Notes under the pieces: model-generated | Told to the model about the DNA's origin: nothing | The model's input: the letters and a program-made list of their open reading frames with translations, nothing else | Databases searched by the model: none | Program-made: the position numbers and the translations under genes | Part shown: piece by piece, positions 18,727 through 28,157 of the stretch | Layout of the letters: each line of letters starts with the position of its first letter | Numbering within the stretch: position 1 is the stretch's first letter | Virus record (IMG/VR): IMGVR_UViG_3300032004_000001 | Span: 23,149-87,148 of that record | Strand: one strand, 5' to 3' | Length of the DNA: 64,000 nt | Source: a virus | Lineage: Duplodnaviria; Caudoviricetes

Positions 18727-20789
18727 ACAAACCACCTACCGATTGCGGTTATTACAATAGTGCAGCTTATGTTGTTTGCTGTCGGTGCAATTATATAAAA
18801 TGACTGGGAAGCTGATAGTGATGGTAATCCAGGGGTCCCAACATAAGCTGTTGCTGTTGACGAAATTACTTGTAAGTGACAATTAGGAAAAACAGCGAAT
18901 GGCATAGCAAAAGTTTTCCCAGGCACAACTGCCGAGGCGTGCATTGGGGAGTTAATGACTTGCGTAACAGCGATCGACCCTAAATCTACAGTATTACGAC
19001 AAATCATCGTACCATCAGCATACTTAGTATATGAACCGTTAGTATTACTACCAGATTCAATGATAGACCCTGTAGGTACCCCACCAGATTGGCTCACAGT
19101 TCCCACAATAGGTGCAACAGCCGCCGCCCCTAACCCAAGAGCAGTCCTTGCAGCAGCAGCAGTCGTTGCACCAGTACCGCCGTGAGCAAGGTCAATAACC
19201 TCGGTCTTAGCTACAAACTTCGCATCATCTTCGGCTTTGGTGTAATGATCTGCCAAGCTGAAGGTGCCAAATACGACCACTCCAATCTCTTCACCTGCAA
19301 CGAAAGCTTCAGTGAATACAATCGACGTGCCGTCAGTAGCGGTGTAATCGTATCCATCCCAATAGTCGAAGCCTTGCCCGGTCACAAGCATCACCGCGCC
19401 GGGGGTATAAACCAAGTTCTTCCCACCACTATCAAGCCCTGTAAGGGTGGTCTGACCTGCGGTAGTGACGAATTTGTAAGCTACCGCACTGACGTTGTTC
19501 GATTGAAGGAGTTCATAAAGGAACTTACCTTGTTTGGCCGACAGCACTTTGGTCGCATCGTCGGTGGTGACGTTATCGATGATGTCAGATTTAGCCACCT
19601 TCAGGTCCAGCGCCGACTGTTGAGCGGTGCTCACAGGTTTAGCCGCGTCAGGAGTGTTGTCGATCTGATCGATACCAAGCTGGACCTTAGTGACGACTCC
19701 CTGGAAGCCCGCTACTGATGTGACCGACTCAGTGTTGTCGATCTTGTAAAAGCTGGAAAGCGTGTTGGAATAGACCAGGGTATCGCCAACCCCGTATTCA
19801 TCCCCTGAAACTGTGCCACCAGCCGTTACTTTCCAGAAGGAAGAGGTGGAGGGCACCGCAGGGTAGCTGCCGCTGGATAGGTCGATGTTTCCCCTTTCCA
19901 CCAATCCGCCTATAACCGTACCTGCCGCTTCTACAGCTTGGTCCCGTGCGACCTCGGCCTCATCGCGCGCAGTGAATGTAACGTCGCGTGCCGTCTGCGC
20001 CTCTGTTCTGTACCCAGCAGCTTCCGCAGCGGATCCCGCCGCGTCATTCTCGCTGCCTAGAGCTGCCGCAGCGCTATTCTGCGCAGCTATCCTGTATACA
20101 GCCGCATCCTGGGCAGAGCCCGCTGCCGCTGTTTCGGATGCAAGCGCCGCGCCTTCACTCGAGGATGCAGCGCTCGCTGATGCAGCAGCTTCCAAACCAC
20201 TGGCCGCCGCCGCCCCTTCACTGGCCGCCGCCGCGGCGGCGCTAGCAGCCGCCGCATCGGCACTCTGGTCCGAGGCAGTAGCCGATGACAACGCCTGCGC
20301 TGCAGAAGCGGCGGAAGCTTCCGCGCTAGTTTGGGACGCGGTGGCCGATGCCAAGGAAGAAGCAGCGCTTGCGCTTGCGTTGGTTTCTGCCGTACTGGCC
20401 TGGCCTTGGGACGCCGCAGCATTAGCTTCAGCCACTTCCGCCGCCAGCCGGCTGGCTTCTGCCTGCGCCGCGCTGAGCGCAGCGGCTGCCACGTCAGCGT
20501 CTATATTCGCAATACCTTCGGTGATGGTATGGAGCCTGTCCACCGCGAGCTTGACGTAGCCCTGGACGGGCACCACGTAGTAGGTGGGTGTGTTACTCAC
20601 CGAGGGCCCCGCATAGGCAGGGCTGATACCCAGGGTCAGCTGATCATGTGCGTTGACAACCTCGTAGATTTTTCCATCAGGCCCTACGAACATGTCTCCA
20701 GTTCGAGTGTTGGAAACGAAGTTCGTGCCTACACCTGTGACCCCAGCGGACCCCTGTACCACACTGATCGTGCCTTCCTTGTACCACAT
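18723..20789 (-). CDS. side tail fibre / receptor-binding protein
   Basis: N-terminal MWYKEGTISV...VTGVGTNF anchor, Ala/Ser-rich stalk (Stf-like), C-terminal YTKYADGTMIC...AIGRW tip; RBS AAGGA. Confidence 0.9.
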   Translation of the reverse strand: MWYKEGTISVVQGSAGVTGVGTNFVSNTRTGDMFVGPDGKIYEVVNAHDQLTLGISPAYAGPSVSNTPTYYVVPVQGYVKLAVDRLHTITEGIANIDADVAAAALSAAQAEASRLAAEVAEANAAASQGQASTAETNASASAASSLASATASQTSAEASAASAAQALSSATASDQSADAAAASAAAAAASEGAAAASGLEAAASASAASSSEGAALASETAAAGSAQDAAVYRIAAQNSAAAALGSENDAAGSAAEAAGYRTEAQTARDVTFTARDEAEVARDQAVEAAGTVIGGLVERGNIDLSSGSYPAVPSTSSFWKVTAGGTVSGDEYGVGDTLVYSNTLSSFYKIDNTESVTSVAGFQGVVTKVQLGIDQIDNTPDAAKPVSTAQQSALDLKVAKSDIIDNVTTDDATKVLSAKQGKFLYELLQSNNVSAVAYKFVTTAGQTTLTGLDSGGKNLVYTPGAVMLVTGQGFDYWDGYDYTATDGTSIVFTEAFVAGEEIGVVVFGTFSLADHYTKAEDDAKFVAKTEVIDLAHGGTGATTAAAARTALGLGAAAVAPIVGTVSQSGGVPTGSIIESGSNTNGSYTKYADGTMICRNTVDLGSIAVTQVINSPMHASAVVPGKTFAMPFAVFPNCHLQVISSTATAYVGTPGLPSLSASQSFYIIAPTANNISCTIVITAIGRWFV

Positions 20790-20847
20790 GGCCTATTCCT
20801 TTGAGTCGCTGAGTGGCGGCAGATTACCATGAACCAAGGTGTATGGC

Positions 20848-21579
20848 TCACAGCCCTGTTATGTCAACCATCATTCCGTAGTACTGACTGTAGTAGTAGC
20901 CCCCCTGGGTAATGGTGCCCTGGAATTGTCCGCTCCTACCTCCCGCGCTTACGTCCTGCATGTATAGGCTGTCATTGACGAAAGCGTAGGCACAGGAATA
21001 GATGTCCTCATCCCACCATGTGGTCCCATCCCCGTCAGAGAACGCGCTCATTACATAGACTCCGGCAGGGCCAGCCACGGTGACTGCCATATTTGGCCCT
21101 GCCCCTGCGTACATGAGCTTTCCGTAGGGAGTCTCGTTGGCGTAAACGTCCGCCTGGTAGTCCTGGCCCGACCAGGTGAATATCGGTTTCATGTATTGGT
21201 TGTTGGAGGAAAACGCCAAGGTGCCATTCGCAGCGTAAATCTCCAGCCCGTACTTGACGCTGGGAGGGGACTTGGTAACAGAAAATATATAGAAGCTACA
21301 GACCGGGTTGTCGGGACCTGTGGTAGGCGACACAAACTCGTACGTCGTGGTGGTAGCTCCGATAGTTGTGGCGTAGAGACCCACGTCTATCCCAGGGGAG
21401 GGTCTGAAAGCTATCATAGAATCGTTCGGGGCTACTATTTGATAAAACCACCCGTTGCGGGGGAAGACCAAATTTATCACGCCTGTGAGGGTTAATTTAG
21501 ACTCGAACAGGTAGTTCTTATAACTTTCCGTTATTTGAAGAACCCCCCCGTTGTTGAATACCTGAAGACCCGCTGGCAT
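20848..21579 (-). CDS. tail tip accessory protein
   Basis: MPAGLQVFN..G..QI repeat-type start, internal YGLEIYAANG; downstream of J. Confidence 0.7.
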   Translation of the reverse strand: MPAGLQVFNNGGVLQITESYKNYLFESKLTLTGVINLVFPRNGWFYQIVAPNDSMIAFRPSPGIDVGLYATTIGATTTTYEFVSPTTGPDNPVCSFYIFSVTKSPPSVKYGLEIYAANGTLAFSSNNQYMKPIFTWSGQDYQADVYANETPYGKLMYAGAGPNMAVTVAGPAGVYVMSAFSDGDGTTWWDEDIYSCAYAFVNDSLYMQDVSAGGRSGQFQGTITQGGYYYSQYYGMMVDITGL

Positions 21580-21875
21580 TAGTAGTACCCGTATTTTATA
21601 ACGTAGGAAACCCTTGGAGTGGGGGCGAAAACAGAGGTACTGAAGGCCCAGTGAATGGTCCTGCTAGGGATGTCCAACCACACCCCAGGGCCCCTCCTGA
21701 AATATATCTGGCTATTGTCCATTAGGACTATAAACGGCGTACCGCTGGATAACGGTATTACAAACGATCCGTTAGATGTGCCCGTGCTGATAGACCCCTC
21801 AAGCCTTGTCAGCCGGGTAGTTACGTCAAGCTGCAAAACCCCTGCAGCATTCCAAATTTGTAGTCCCTGAGGCAT
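21579..21875 (-). CDS. tail tip accessory protein
   Basis: MPQGLQIWNAAGVLQLDVTTRL; directly after J. Confidence 0.7.
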   Translation of the reverse strand: MPQGLQIWNAAGVLQLDVTTRLTRLEGSISTGTSNGSFVIPLSSGTPFIVLMDNSQIYFRRGPGVWLDIPSRTIHWAFSTSVFAPTPRVSYVIKYGYY

Positions 21876-21876
21876 A

Positions 21877-24800
21877 TCAGGCCCATATCCCTAACCGCAC
21901 ACGCAACGTGCCATTTGAATCGTAGACCAGTACCACCTGGTTGGTGATCTTAACCCGGCCCTGTCCTGCCACCAGCCCGTTTATTTCGAAATCCCCGTTC
22001 TTCGCTAGTCTCCACCCTGACGAGTTAGCCACGAAGTTGGTGGATTGCAGCGTGTCAGAGATTTTGGCGAAGTCAATGGTCGCGTTCTTGATTAGAGCGG
22101 TGTTAATGAACGTGCTGTTGCCTTCAATGAAGAAGGGAATCGTCACGATGCCGCTTGCGGTGCTGATCAGTGCAAAGCGATCTGCCTGGAACAGAATTTG
22201 GCTTTGCGTCACACCTCCGTTGGTGGTGATGTCTATGCCCATGCCGGCTGCATATACCTTCCCATCTACGGTCGTCTGCAGCTTGACGGCGTACAGAGAG
22301 GACAGCCCGTCCTCCAAGCTTGCCTGCGCCTGCTGCACAACTTGTATAGAGGCGCTGTTGCCATTCACCGTGCTCTGTAAGGTGGTGATGCTGGATGCCA
22401 GGGCGCTATCGGCATCTGACAAGGCGCTCAGGCTGCTCTGTACTATCACCTTGTTGTTGTTGTAGTCCGTGCTGAGGGTCTGCCTGGCCAGGGCCTCTGC
22501 CGCATCTGCGTCAGCCCGGGCGGTGGCTTCCTGTTGGATCGCCGCGGCTATATCCTCATTAACGGTGGCTTCAAGGGTGGTGATTCTCTGAGAGAGCGCG
22601 GAATCCGCGGTTGCCATAGCCAGCTCAAGTTCAGTCAGTGACGCGCTGATCTCATCGTCAACGGTAGCTTTCAGCTCAGTGATCCGCTGGGCTAGCGCCA
22701 GGTCTTCCTCTGCCAGCACCTTTATTTGCTGTTTGAACGAAGCGGTAGCGTCGTAATCATTCAGCGCGCCTTCGAGTTCAGCGTCGTCGTCTCGGTCCCG
22801 CCAAGCAGCGCGCAGACTAGTCATCTGAGACGCCGTATAGGTGACTCGGTCGTCCACCTTGACTATATCGGTTCGGTTCTGCTCGACCTGTGCTACCAGG
22901 CCGTTAGCGTCCTCGAGGATCTGTCCTACCGATTTCCAGTACAGAGGGTTTGGAGGGGCATTGCTGCCGTCTGGTGCAGCGGGTACCGGGTTGATAGCCT
23001 GGTACAGGTCCTTGCCCTGACGTACCACGTTTGGAGGTACATAGGGATCGTTGGGGTTGTAGGCGAGAGCGTCTTCCAGGTTATCGATCTGGTCCTGCAG
23101 GTCCGCGACCGCAGCGTTCACCACCGTGGTAGCTGTATTGGTAGCGATCGGCACGATCATGTCGTTGATCTCTTGGTAGAGATCGCCGTTGAGGATGTCC
23201 TCTGTGACCGCGTTCAGGATGTCCTCGTAATCTTCCAGGGTGGTGCCCTGAGTCGAATACCAAGCGGACAACCCGTACTGGTTGGTGCCTCGCACGTAGT
23301 AGAAGTAAGTGCGGCCGGCGCGCAGCGGTGTGTCCACCAGGTACGGCCCGGTGGGCAGCTTGATGGCATTGGTGGTGATCAAGTCAGCGGGCAGCGGTAC
23401 ATCGCTACGCCAGAACTCCCAAAGTGCGTCAGGGTACGCGGTGACAGGCGTCAGCGTGATAGAGAACGTGCCCAGTGTGACCACGATTGAATCAGGTGGG
23501 ACCGGCAGCAGCATGTGTGCGATCTGCACAACTCGGCTGGTCCAGGCGCCCGGGATGCCGGATGCTGAGGATCTGACGCGGATGACCCACTCCCCGCCTA
23601 TCGCATCCTTCAAATCGTAGGAAGTCCCCGCGCCGGTGTAGACCGTCCGGAATCCCCCATCATCTGGCGACTTAACGTCCAGGATGTAGTCCGTGACCCG
23701 CACGTCCTTGGGAGGGGTCCAGCTGATGATCAGGCCCTGGTGGCGCGTGGATCCAGCGAAGTAGGTGTAGGCTTCGAAGGACAGATCCAAGGGCCCTGCG
23801 ATCGGCCCGGTCGGCAGGGTGCTGGTAGGGCGGTCAGGCAGCACCAGGTCCAGTTCGACGATGTCGTACTTACGCGGGTCGTACTCGGTCGCGGTGATGG
23901 TGTAGGTACTGCTGCTATCGTCTTCGTTGACCGTGACAACCCGGAACTGGGGCAGTTGCAGCTCTGTGGCGGTGAGCGCCCATATCGCGCCGGCTATTGG
24001 CAAGTCACTCAGCGTGCCAGTGAGGATCACCTGATTACCGTTGAACGAGCTGACCGGCATACGAGGGATACTGCCGTCCGGCAATACCACACTTAGGTAC
24101 CAGTTGCCGCTGAGTGCCAGGGTCTGCGGATCCGGTACCTGGTCCAGAGTCAAGGTCTTGTTGCCTGGCGTGATAACCCGGCCCCCCATCCTCGCCCCTT
24201 GATAGTAAGGGTCGGCGATTTCAACGATGTCCCCAGGGCGGACGTCGGCGTGATCCAGCGAAGCCTTGTAGTTGACCGTCTGCGTTTCCATCCGCTCGGA
24301 ATACAGGATCCACTTACACAGCCGCCGTGCCTGGCCACGCGAGTTGCACGCAACCGCGGTTACCCGGGTCTCTCTCCAGCCGTACAGCTCAATGCTTTCA
24401 GGATCCTCGTAGACTTCAGGCACAGCGCGCCCTTCATCATCAGGGTCGTTCCACATGGCCACAGCCACCGAGTGCCGCTCGCGCAGGCTGGTGCCGCTGT
24501 ATTCGAAGTCCCCGTCGATGACGTTGGCCGGGCTGACGATCTTCACCGGCGTGGACGGCATGTCCGCTACCGCTACCATGGTGTTGGTGCCCCAGTAGGA
24601 CATCCCACGGAAGCAGCTGGCCAGGGTGTTCAGCGCGACGGTAGCGTCCTCCTGGTCGGAGAAAATGGTGTTGCAGGTGAACCGGGGCTCCATGCCGCCG
24701 TATCCGTCCGGTACCAACTGGTCGCAATACTGCCCGATCTGGTAGATAACCCACTTGTCCACGTCGGTGAGGCCGGCGCCGATTACGGGGTGCGTGGCCA

Positions 24801-25752
24801 GGTCGTAGAAACACCAGGCAGGGTTATCGGTCCACGCCATCTTGAACGTGCCGTCCCACAACCCGGTATACACCCGCGTTTCCGGGTTGTAGTTGCTCGG
24901 TACCTTGATGATAGACAGCTTGACATCGTAGCTGCGCGACGGCATTGAAGATCCGAACAGCTTGGAGTCGATCTCGATGCCGACCAGAGCGATGTTCGGG
25001 TAGCTGAGCTTCTCTTCGATGACCTCAGTCAACAGCGTCCAACTGATCTTGTCCTGGCGCACCCCCTCTTCACTCTCTTGAGTGGTACGTCTAACTCGGA
25101 TATCGAAAGGACCGACTCCGTCCAGAGGTACTCGATAGGTGACAGGGAAAGGTGAGGTGGTCTTGCCAGTGATTGTGTCGTTGACCGCCGTGGACCACGC
25201 ACCGTTATCAGAGCGGGTATCAATCGCTATAGAGGCGCTGTAACCAACAATGTCACCATTCGGTTTCTGCTGAGATAGCGCCTGCAACTGAATTGTCACC
25301 AGGGCAGCGTCCGCATCATTGTTGCTAATCGAGCGAACAACCGGCGCGGCGAGCTTGACCTCCGTGTTGATCTCTGTGGTGCTTTCCACCGAAGGGAACC
25401 CTTCGATGTGGGTCTGTTCCGGATAGCCCTCTCTGGTGGTCAGCTTGCAGCCGGAAAAATTGGTGCTGCCATCCTGGTTCATTACTGGCGTGCCGTCCAG
25501 GTACACGGACTTCAGCCCTTCAACCAGGCCGTAAATCGGCCCGTAAGCGATCATGTCGAGGATGCGGCCCTTGACCACACTCTGCAAGGTGTTCGGCGCC
25601 TCGACAGGTGTGTGGGCTTCTCCGCCCCCTCCGCCCCCGCCTGCGCCGCGAATCTCCATATCCAGGCCGATCAGGTCTGGCATTACGTACCCTGCCTTGG
25701 ACGGCCAGCTATGCATCACTGGGCCGTATACAACTTTCTCCATAGCACTCAA
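21877..25752 (-). CDS. central tail fibre / tip attachment protein, lambda J-like
   Basis: AYGPIYGL, YPNIALVG, WTDNPAWCFYD, EPRFTCN, GCNS-like AVACNSRGQARR, FnIII-like region, C-terminal AGMG...SQILFQADRFA. Confidence 0.95.
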   Translation of the reverse strand: MSAMEKVVYGPVMHSWPSKAGYVMPDLIGLDMEIRGAGGGGGGGEAHTPVEAPNTLQSVVKGRILDMIAYGPIYGLVEGLKSVYLDGTPVMNQDGSTNFSGCKLTTREGYPEQTHIEGFPSVESTTEINTEVKLAAPVVRSISNNDADAALVTIQLQALSQQKPNGDIVGYSASIAIDTRSDNGAWSTAVNDTITGKTTSPFPVTYRVPLDGVGPFDIRVRRTTQESEEGVRQDKISWTLLTEVIEEKLSYPNIALVGIEIDSKLFGSSMPSRSYDVKLSIIKVPSNYNPETRVYTGLWDGTFKMAWTDNPAWCFYDLATHPVIGAGLTDVDKWVIYQIGQYCDQLVPDGYGGMEPRFTCNTIFSDQEDATVALNTLASCFRGMSYWGTNTMVAVADMPSTPVKIVSPANVIDGDFEYSGTSLRERHSVAVAMWNDPDDEGRAVPEVYEDPESIELYGWRETRVTAVACNSRGQARRLCKWILYSERMETQTVNYKASLDHADVRPGDIVEIADPYYQGARMGGRVITPGNKTLTLDQVPDPQTLALSGNWYLSVVLPDGSIPRMPVSSFNGNQVILTGTLSDLPIAGAIWALTATELQLPQFRVVTVNEDDSSSTYTITATEYDPRKYDIVELDLVLPDRPTSTLPTGPIAGPLDLSFEAYTYFAGSTRHQGLIISWTPPKDVRVTDYILDVKSPDDGGFRTVYTGAGTSYDLKDAIGGEWVIRVRSSASGIPGAWTSRVVQIAHMLLPVPPDSIVVTLGTFSITLTPVTAYPDALWEFWRSDVPLPADLITTNAIKLPTGPYLVDTPLRAGRTYFYYVRGTNQYGLSAWYSTQGTTLEDYEDILNAVTEDILNGDLYQEINDMIVPIATNTATTVVNAAVADLQDQIDNLEDALAYNPNDPYVPPNVVRQGKDLYQAINPVPAAPDGSNAPPNPLYWKSVGQILEDANGLVAQVEQNRTDIVKVDDRVTYTASQMTSLRAAWRDRDDDAELEGALNDYDATASFKQQIKVLAEEDLALAQRITELKATVDDEISASLTELELAMATADSALSQRITTLEATVNEDIAAAIQQEATARADADAAEALARQTLSTDYNNNKVIVQSSLSALSDADSALASSITTLQSTVNGNSASIQVVQQAQASLEDGLSSLYAVKLQTTVDGKVYAAGMGIDITTNGGVTQSQILFQADRFALISTASGIVTIPFFIEGNSTFINTALIKNATIDFAKISDTLQSTNFVANSSGWRLAKNGDFEINGLVAGQGRVKITNQVVLVYDSNGTLRVRLGIWA

Positions 25753-26318
25753 AGGATACGCTCCGCAAACAATCCAGCGCTGACCACGATACTGCCGGAC
25801 CTGCAGCGGCCGTATCCACGGGGGATCGCTACACCCTGTGTGGAGCCGTTCTTGGGGCCGGAGAAAAGGAACGATGCCTTGCTGTCCGCCGACTCTCCCG
25901 TGGTCGTCGACGCCCCGGGAATCTTCATGGTCATCTGGATGATGCCGCCGACGATCAGGCCGGCACCGGCGAAGTACAGCGCGGTCGACATACCACCGGT
26001 GAAGGGGGCAGCTACGATAGCTACGATCCCCAGGATAATTGAGAAGATGCCCCCGTTACCGCCCCCTGCGCCACGGATAGCCGGCATCAAGTGGACTTCG
26101 GTGACGTCGCCCAAGGCCACGTCAATGCTCTCTTCGTCGTCGTCGTCCTCAAGCTCCATGGGGCCGCGCAGGATGTGCCATTCTCCTTCACGGATCATTT
26201 CCCGGAATCCCGGGATCTGCAAAGCCAGGGCGTGCAAAAACTCACGAGGACTGCGAACGTCGAGCTCGAACTTCTCGCCGAACTGTGCTGCGGATCCATG
26301 CAGATACAGGGTCTTCAT
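25749..26318 (-). CDS. tail assembly protein, lambda I-like
   Basis: LYLHG...FG...HLMPAIRGAG, TM-like GIVAIV, FLFSGP.N...QGVAIPRGYG. Confidence 0.9.
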   Translation of the reverse strand: MKTLYLHGSAAQFGEKFELDVRSPREFLHALALQIPGFREMIREGEWHILRGPMELEDDDDEESIDVALGDVTEVHLMPAIRGAGGGNGGIFSIILGIVAIVAAPFTGGMSTALYFAGAGLIVGGIIQMTMKIPGASTTTGESADSKASFLFSGPKNGSTQGVAIPRGYGRCRSGSIVVSAGLFAERIL

Positions 26319-27058
26319 GCGCGTTCCTTGTGCCTTACCCACATGCCGATCAAACTGATGTAGCGGTAGATCGGCTCGATCACCGCCTTGCGCTGGCTGA
26401 CCGGCTCCCCTGTTCCAGGGTGATGATGGGTCAGCTCATTTTCCAGCAAGATGCCGCAGTGCGTCAGCGCGCCATTTCTAACCCCGATACTCGCCAGCCA
26501 AACGTCGCCCGGCCGAGGGTCATCCTTGATCCGCGAGAAGCCGGTCTCTTCCAGGCCTTCCAGAATGAAATTGGGGTTCTCATCCCACCACTTCCACTGG
26601 CGCGGCATCATCGGCAGCGTAATCCCGAAGACCTGGCCGTAGTAATCCCGCAGCAGGGAGTAGCAGTCGGTCACCCCGTGGCAGAAGGTTCTATCCAGCA
26701 GGTCATCCGTCTGCTCTGGACCTTTGCCTCCCCACCAGGTGATTCCGCTGGAGTTGACCCCGTCACACACCACAATGCCCCAGGGCACGTCGGTGTTGAT
26801 CTGGTACTGCATGTCCATAACGCCAGGGTACGCGTTACCGTTGGTGTGGCTGTGCACGACAGCGAGAAGGCCCTCTTTCGTGGCGGCCTTGATGTCGGTA
26901 GCCGAGATGTCGAAGAAATTTTCAGGGTCTTCAGCGATGTTGCTGACCTGCCTGCAGCCTTTTTTCGTGATAAGCCAGGCTCCCTCTTGAGGGAATACCT
27001 CCAGGGCTTCGGCGCGGATCTGCTCGAGGTGTTCCGTGTATAGCTGCAGCATGCTCAC
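26315..27058 (-). CDS. tail assembly protein, lambda K-like (JAB/MPN plus NlpC/P60)
   Basis: VVHSH...D metalloprotease motif; FCHGVTDCYSLLRDYY and HCGI for NlpC/P60. Confidence 0.92.
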   Translation of the reverse strand: MSMLQLYTEHLEQIRAEALEVFPQEGAWLITKKGCRQVSNIAEDPENFFDISATDIKAATKEGLLAVVHSHTNGNAYPGVMDMQYQINTDVPWGIVVCDGVNSSGITWWGGKGPEQTDDLLDRTFCHGVTDCYSLLRDYYGQVFGITLPMMPRQWKWWDENPNFILEGLEETGFSRIKDDPRPGDVWLASIGVRNGALTHCGILLENELTHHHPGTGEPVSQRKAVIEPIYRYISLIGMWVRHKERA

Positions 27059-27072
27059 TCTCCCTAGTTGCG

Positions 27073-27783
27073 CTAGCTTATCCGGCCAACCCCAGGGAAG
27101 GCAAACATTGGTAGCACTGCGCCAACACCAAAGTGTTTTTTGCAGTCGCTCAATCGCTTACCGCACTTTGCTTTAGTAGGATCTAAAGTCGGCTGGCCGT
27201 TCGGTTCATACATAGCTGCGCCTGCGTAGGGGCAGGTCACGCCCTGATAATTCCACTGCCCATTTGCCCAATAACGAAAGCGGTGCATGCAGGTATCACG
27301 AATCACTTGGCGCGCGGGTATCTTCTTTCCCTGCTGGTCCATCGGGGTGGACAGCTCGTAGGACAGCATCTTTCGGACCTGCTTGGCCTTGCGCTCCATC
27401 ACATAGTGATCGATCGGGAAGGTGGCTGAAGGGTTGGGTGATGTGCCGTCGTCGAGGTACTTGCGGTAGGTGCGTATGCGGCGCACTGGGCAGCCGATGA
27501 GATCGTCGCCGTTGAGCACCAGGCTGAGGAAAATCAGGTCCTTGGCAGCCATTGTCAAAGTCGGTCTCGGCGCGGTGCCTACCCCATTCCAGGTAAACCC
27601 GGTGGCCTCAATAGGCAGCCTGGAGTAGATGTTGCCGCCGAACTGCACTGGCCAGTTCTCCTGGCCGTCGACGATGGGGGTGAACCGCAACACCGCGTCA
27701 CCGTATGCCCGTGCGTCTATCTCGTAGAGGAAAATCTGAGGATCGCGAGAGAGCCTCTGTGCATCCGTTGCAATGAGTTCCAT
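27073..27783 (-). CDS. minor tail protein, lambda L-like
   Basis: PIEATGF, RPTL, RRIRTYRKYLD, C-terminal Cys cluster C..C..CGKRLSDC..HFG...FPG. Confidence 0.93.
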   Translation of the reverse strand: MELIATDAQRLSRDPQIFLYEIDARAYGDAVLRFTPIVDGQENWPVQFGGNIYSRLPIEATGFTWNGVGTAPRPTLTMAAKDLIFLSLVLNGDDLIGCPVRRIRTYRKYLDDGTSPNPSATFPIDHYVMERKAKQVRKMLSYELSTPMDQQGKKIPARQVIRDTCMHRFRYWANGQWNYQGVTCPYAGAAMYEPNGQPTLDPTKAKCGKRLSDCKKHFGVGAVLPMFAFPGVGRIS

Positions 27784-27793
27784 GTCAAAATCC

Positions 27794-28156
27794 TTAGCCC
27801 GGGTTGAAGTCCTGCCGGAAGCTGATGTCGAGTACCACGTTGTCGAAGGTGTCGTAGGTCAGGCTGATAGCCTCAGGGATCACCTTGATAGGAGTACCGC
27901 GTACAGGGTGAGTCCAGATGACCCCGGTCTTCTTGAGCTTGGGTAGCAGGTCGTCGTAGCACGCCTCGCCAACCTCGGGAGAGAGGTTGGACCACTTAGG
28001 CGTGAAGGATTCGCTGACCGAGTTCAGCCCAACGGATTCACGGGTCTCATAGCCATCGCCGAATTTGTGCACCTCGACGTTGGCCTGGGGCGTGTTGGAG
28101 AAATCCCAGTCGGGGTTTGGCAGTTCAACGCCTGCCGGTGGAAACGGATCAGCCAT
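27794..28156 (-). CDS. minor tail protein, lambda M-like
   Basis: KFGDGYE...GLN; located between tape measure and L. Confidence 0.88.
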   Translation of the reverse strand: MADPFPPAGVELPNPDWDFSNTPQANVEVHKFGDGYETRESVGLNSVSESFTPKWSNLSPEVGEACYDDLLPKLKKTGVIWTHPVRGTPIKVIPEAISLTYDTFDNVVLDISFRQDFNPG

Positions 28157-28157
28157 C

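Noticed and set aside
18208-20789. DGR or shufflon explanation of the duplicated fibre tip
   Set aside because: No reverse transcriptase or invertase is in the window, the copies are in direct orientation, and differences are not confined to adenines.
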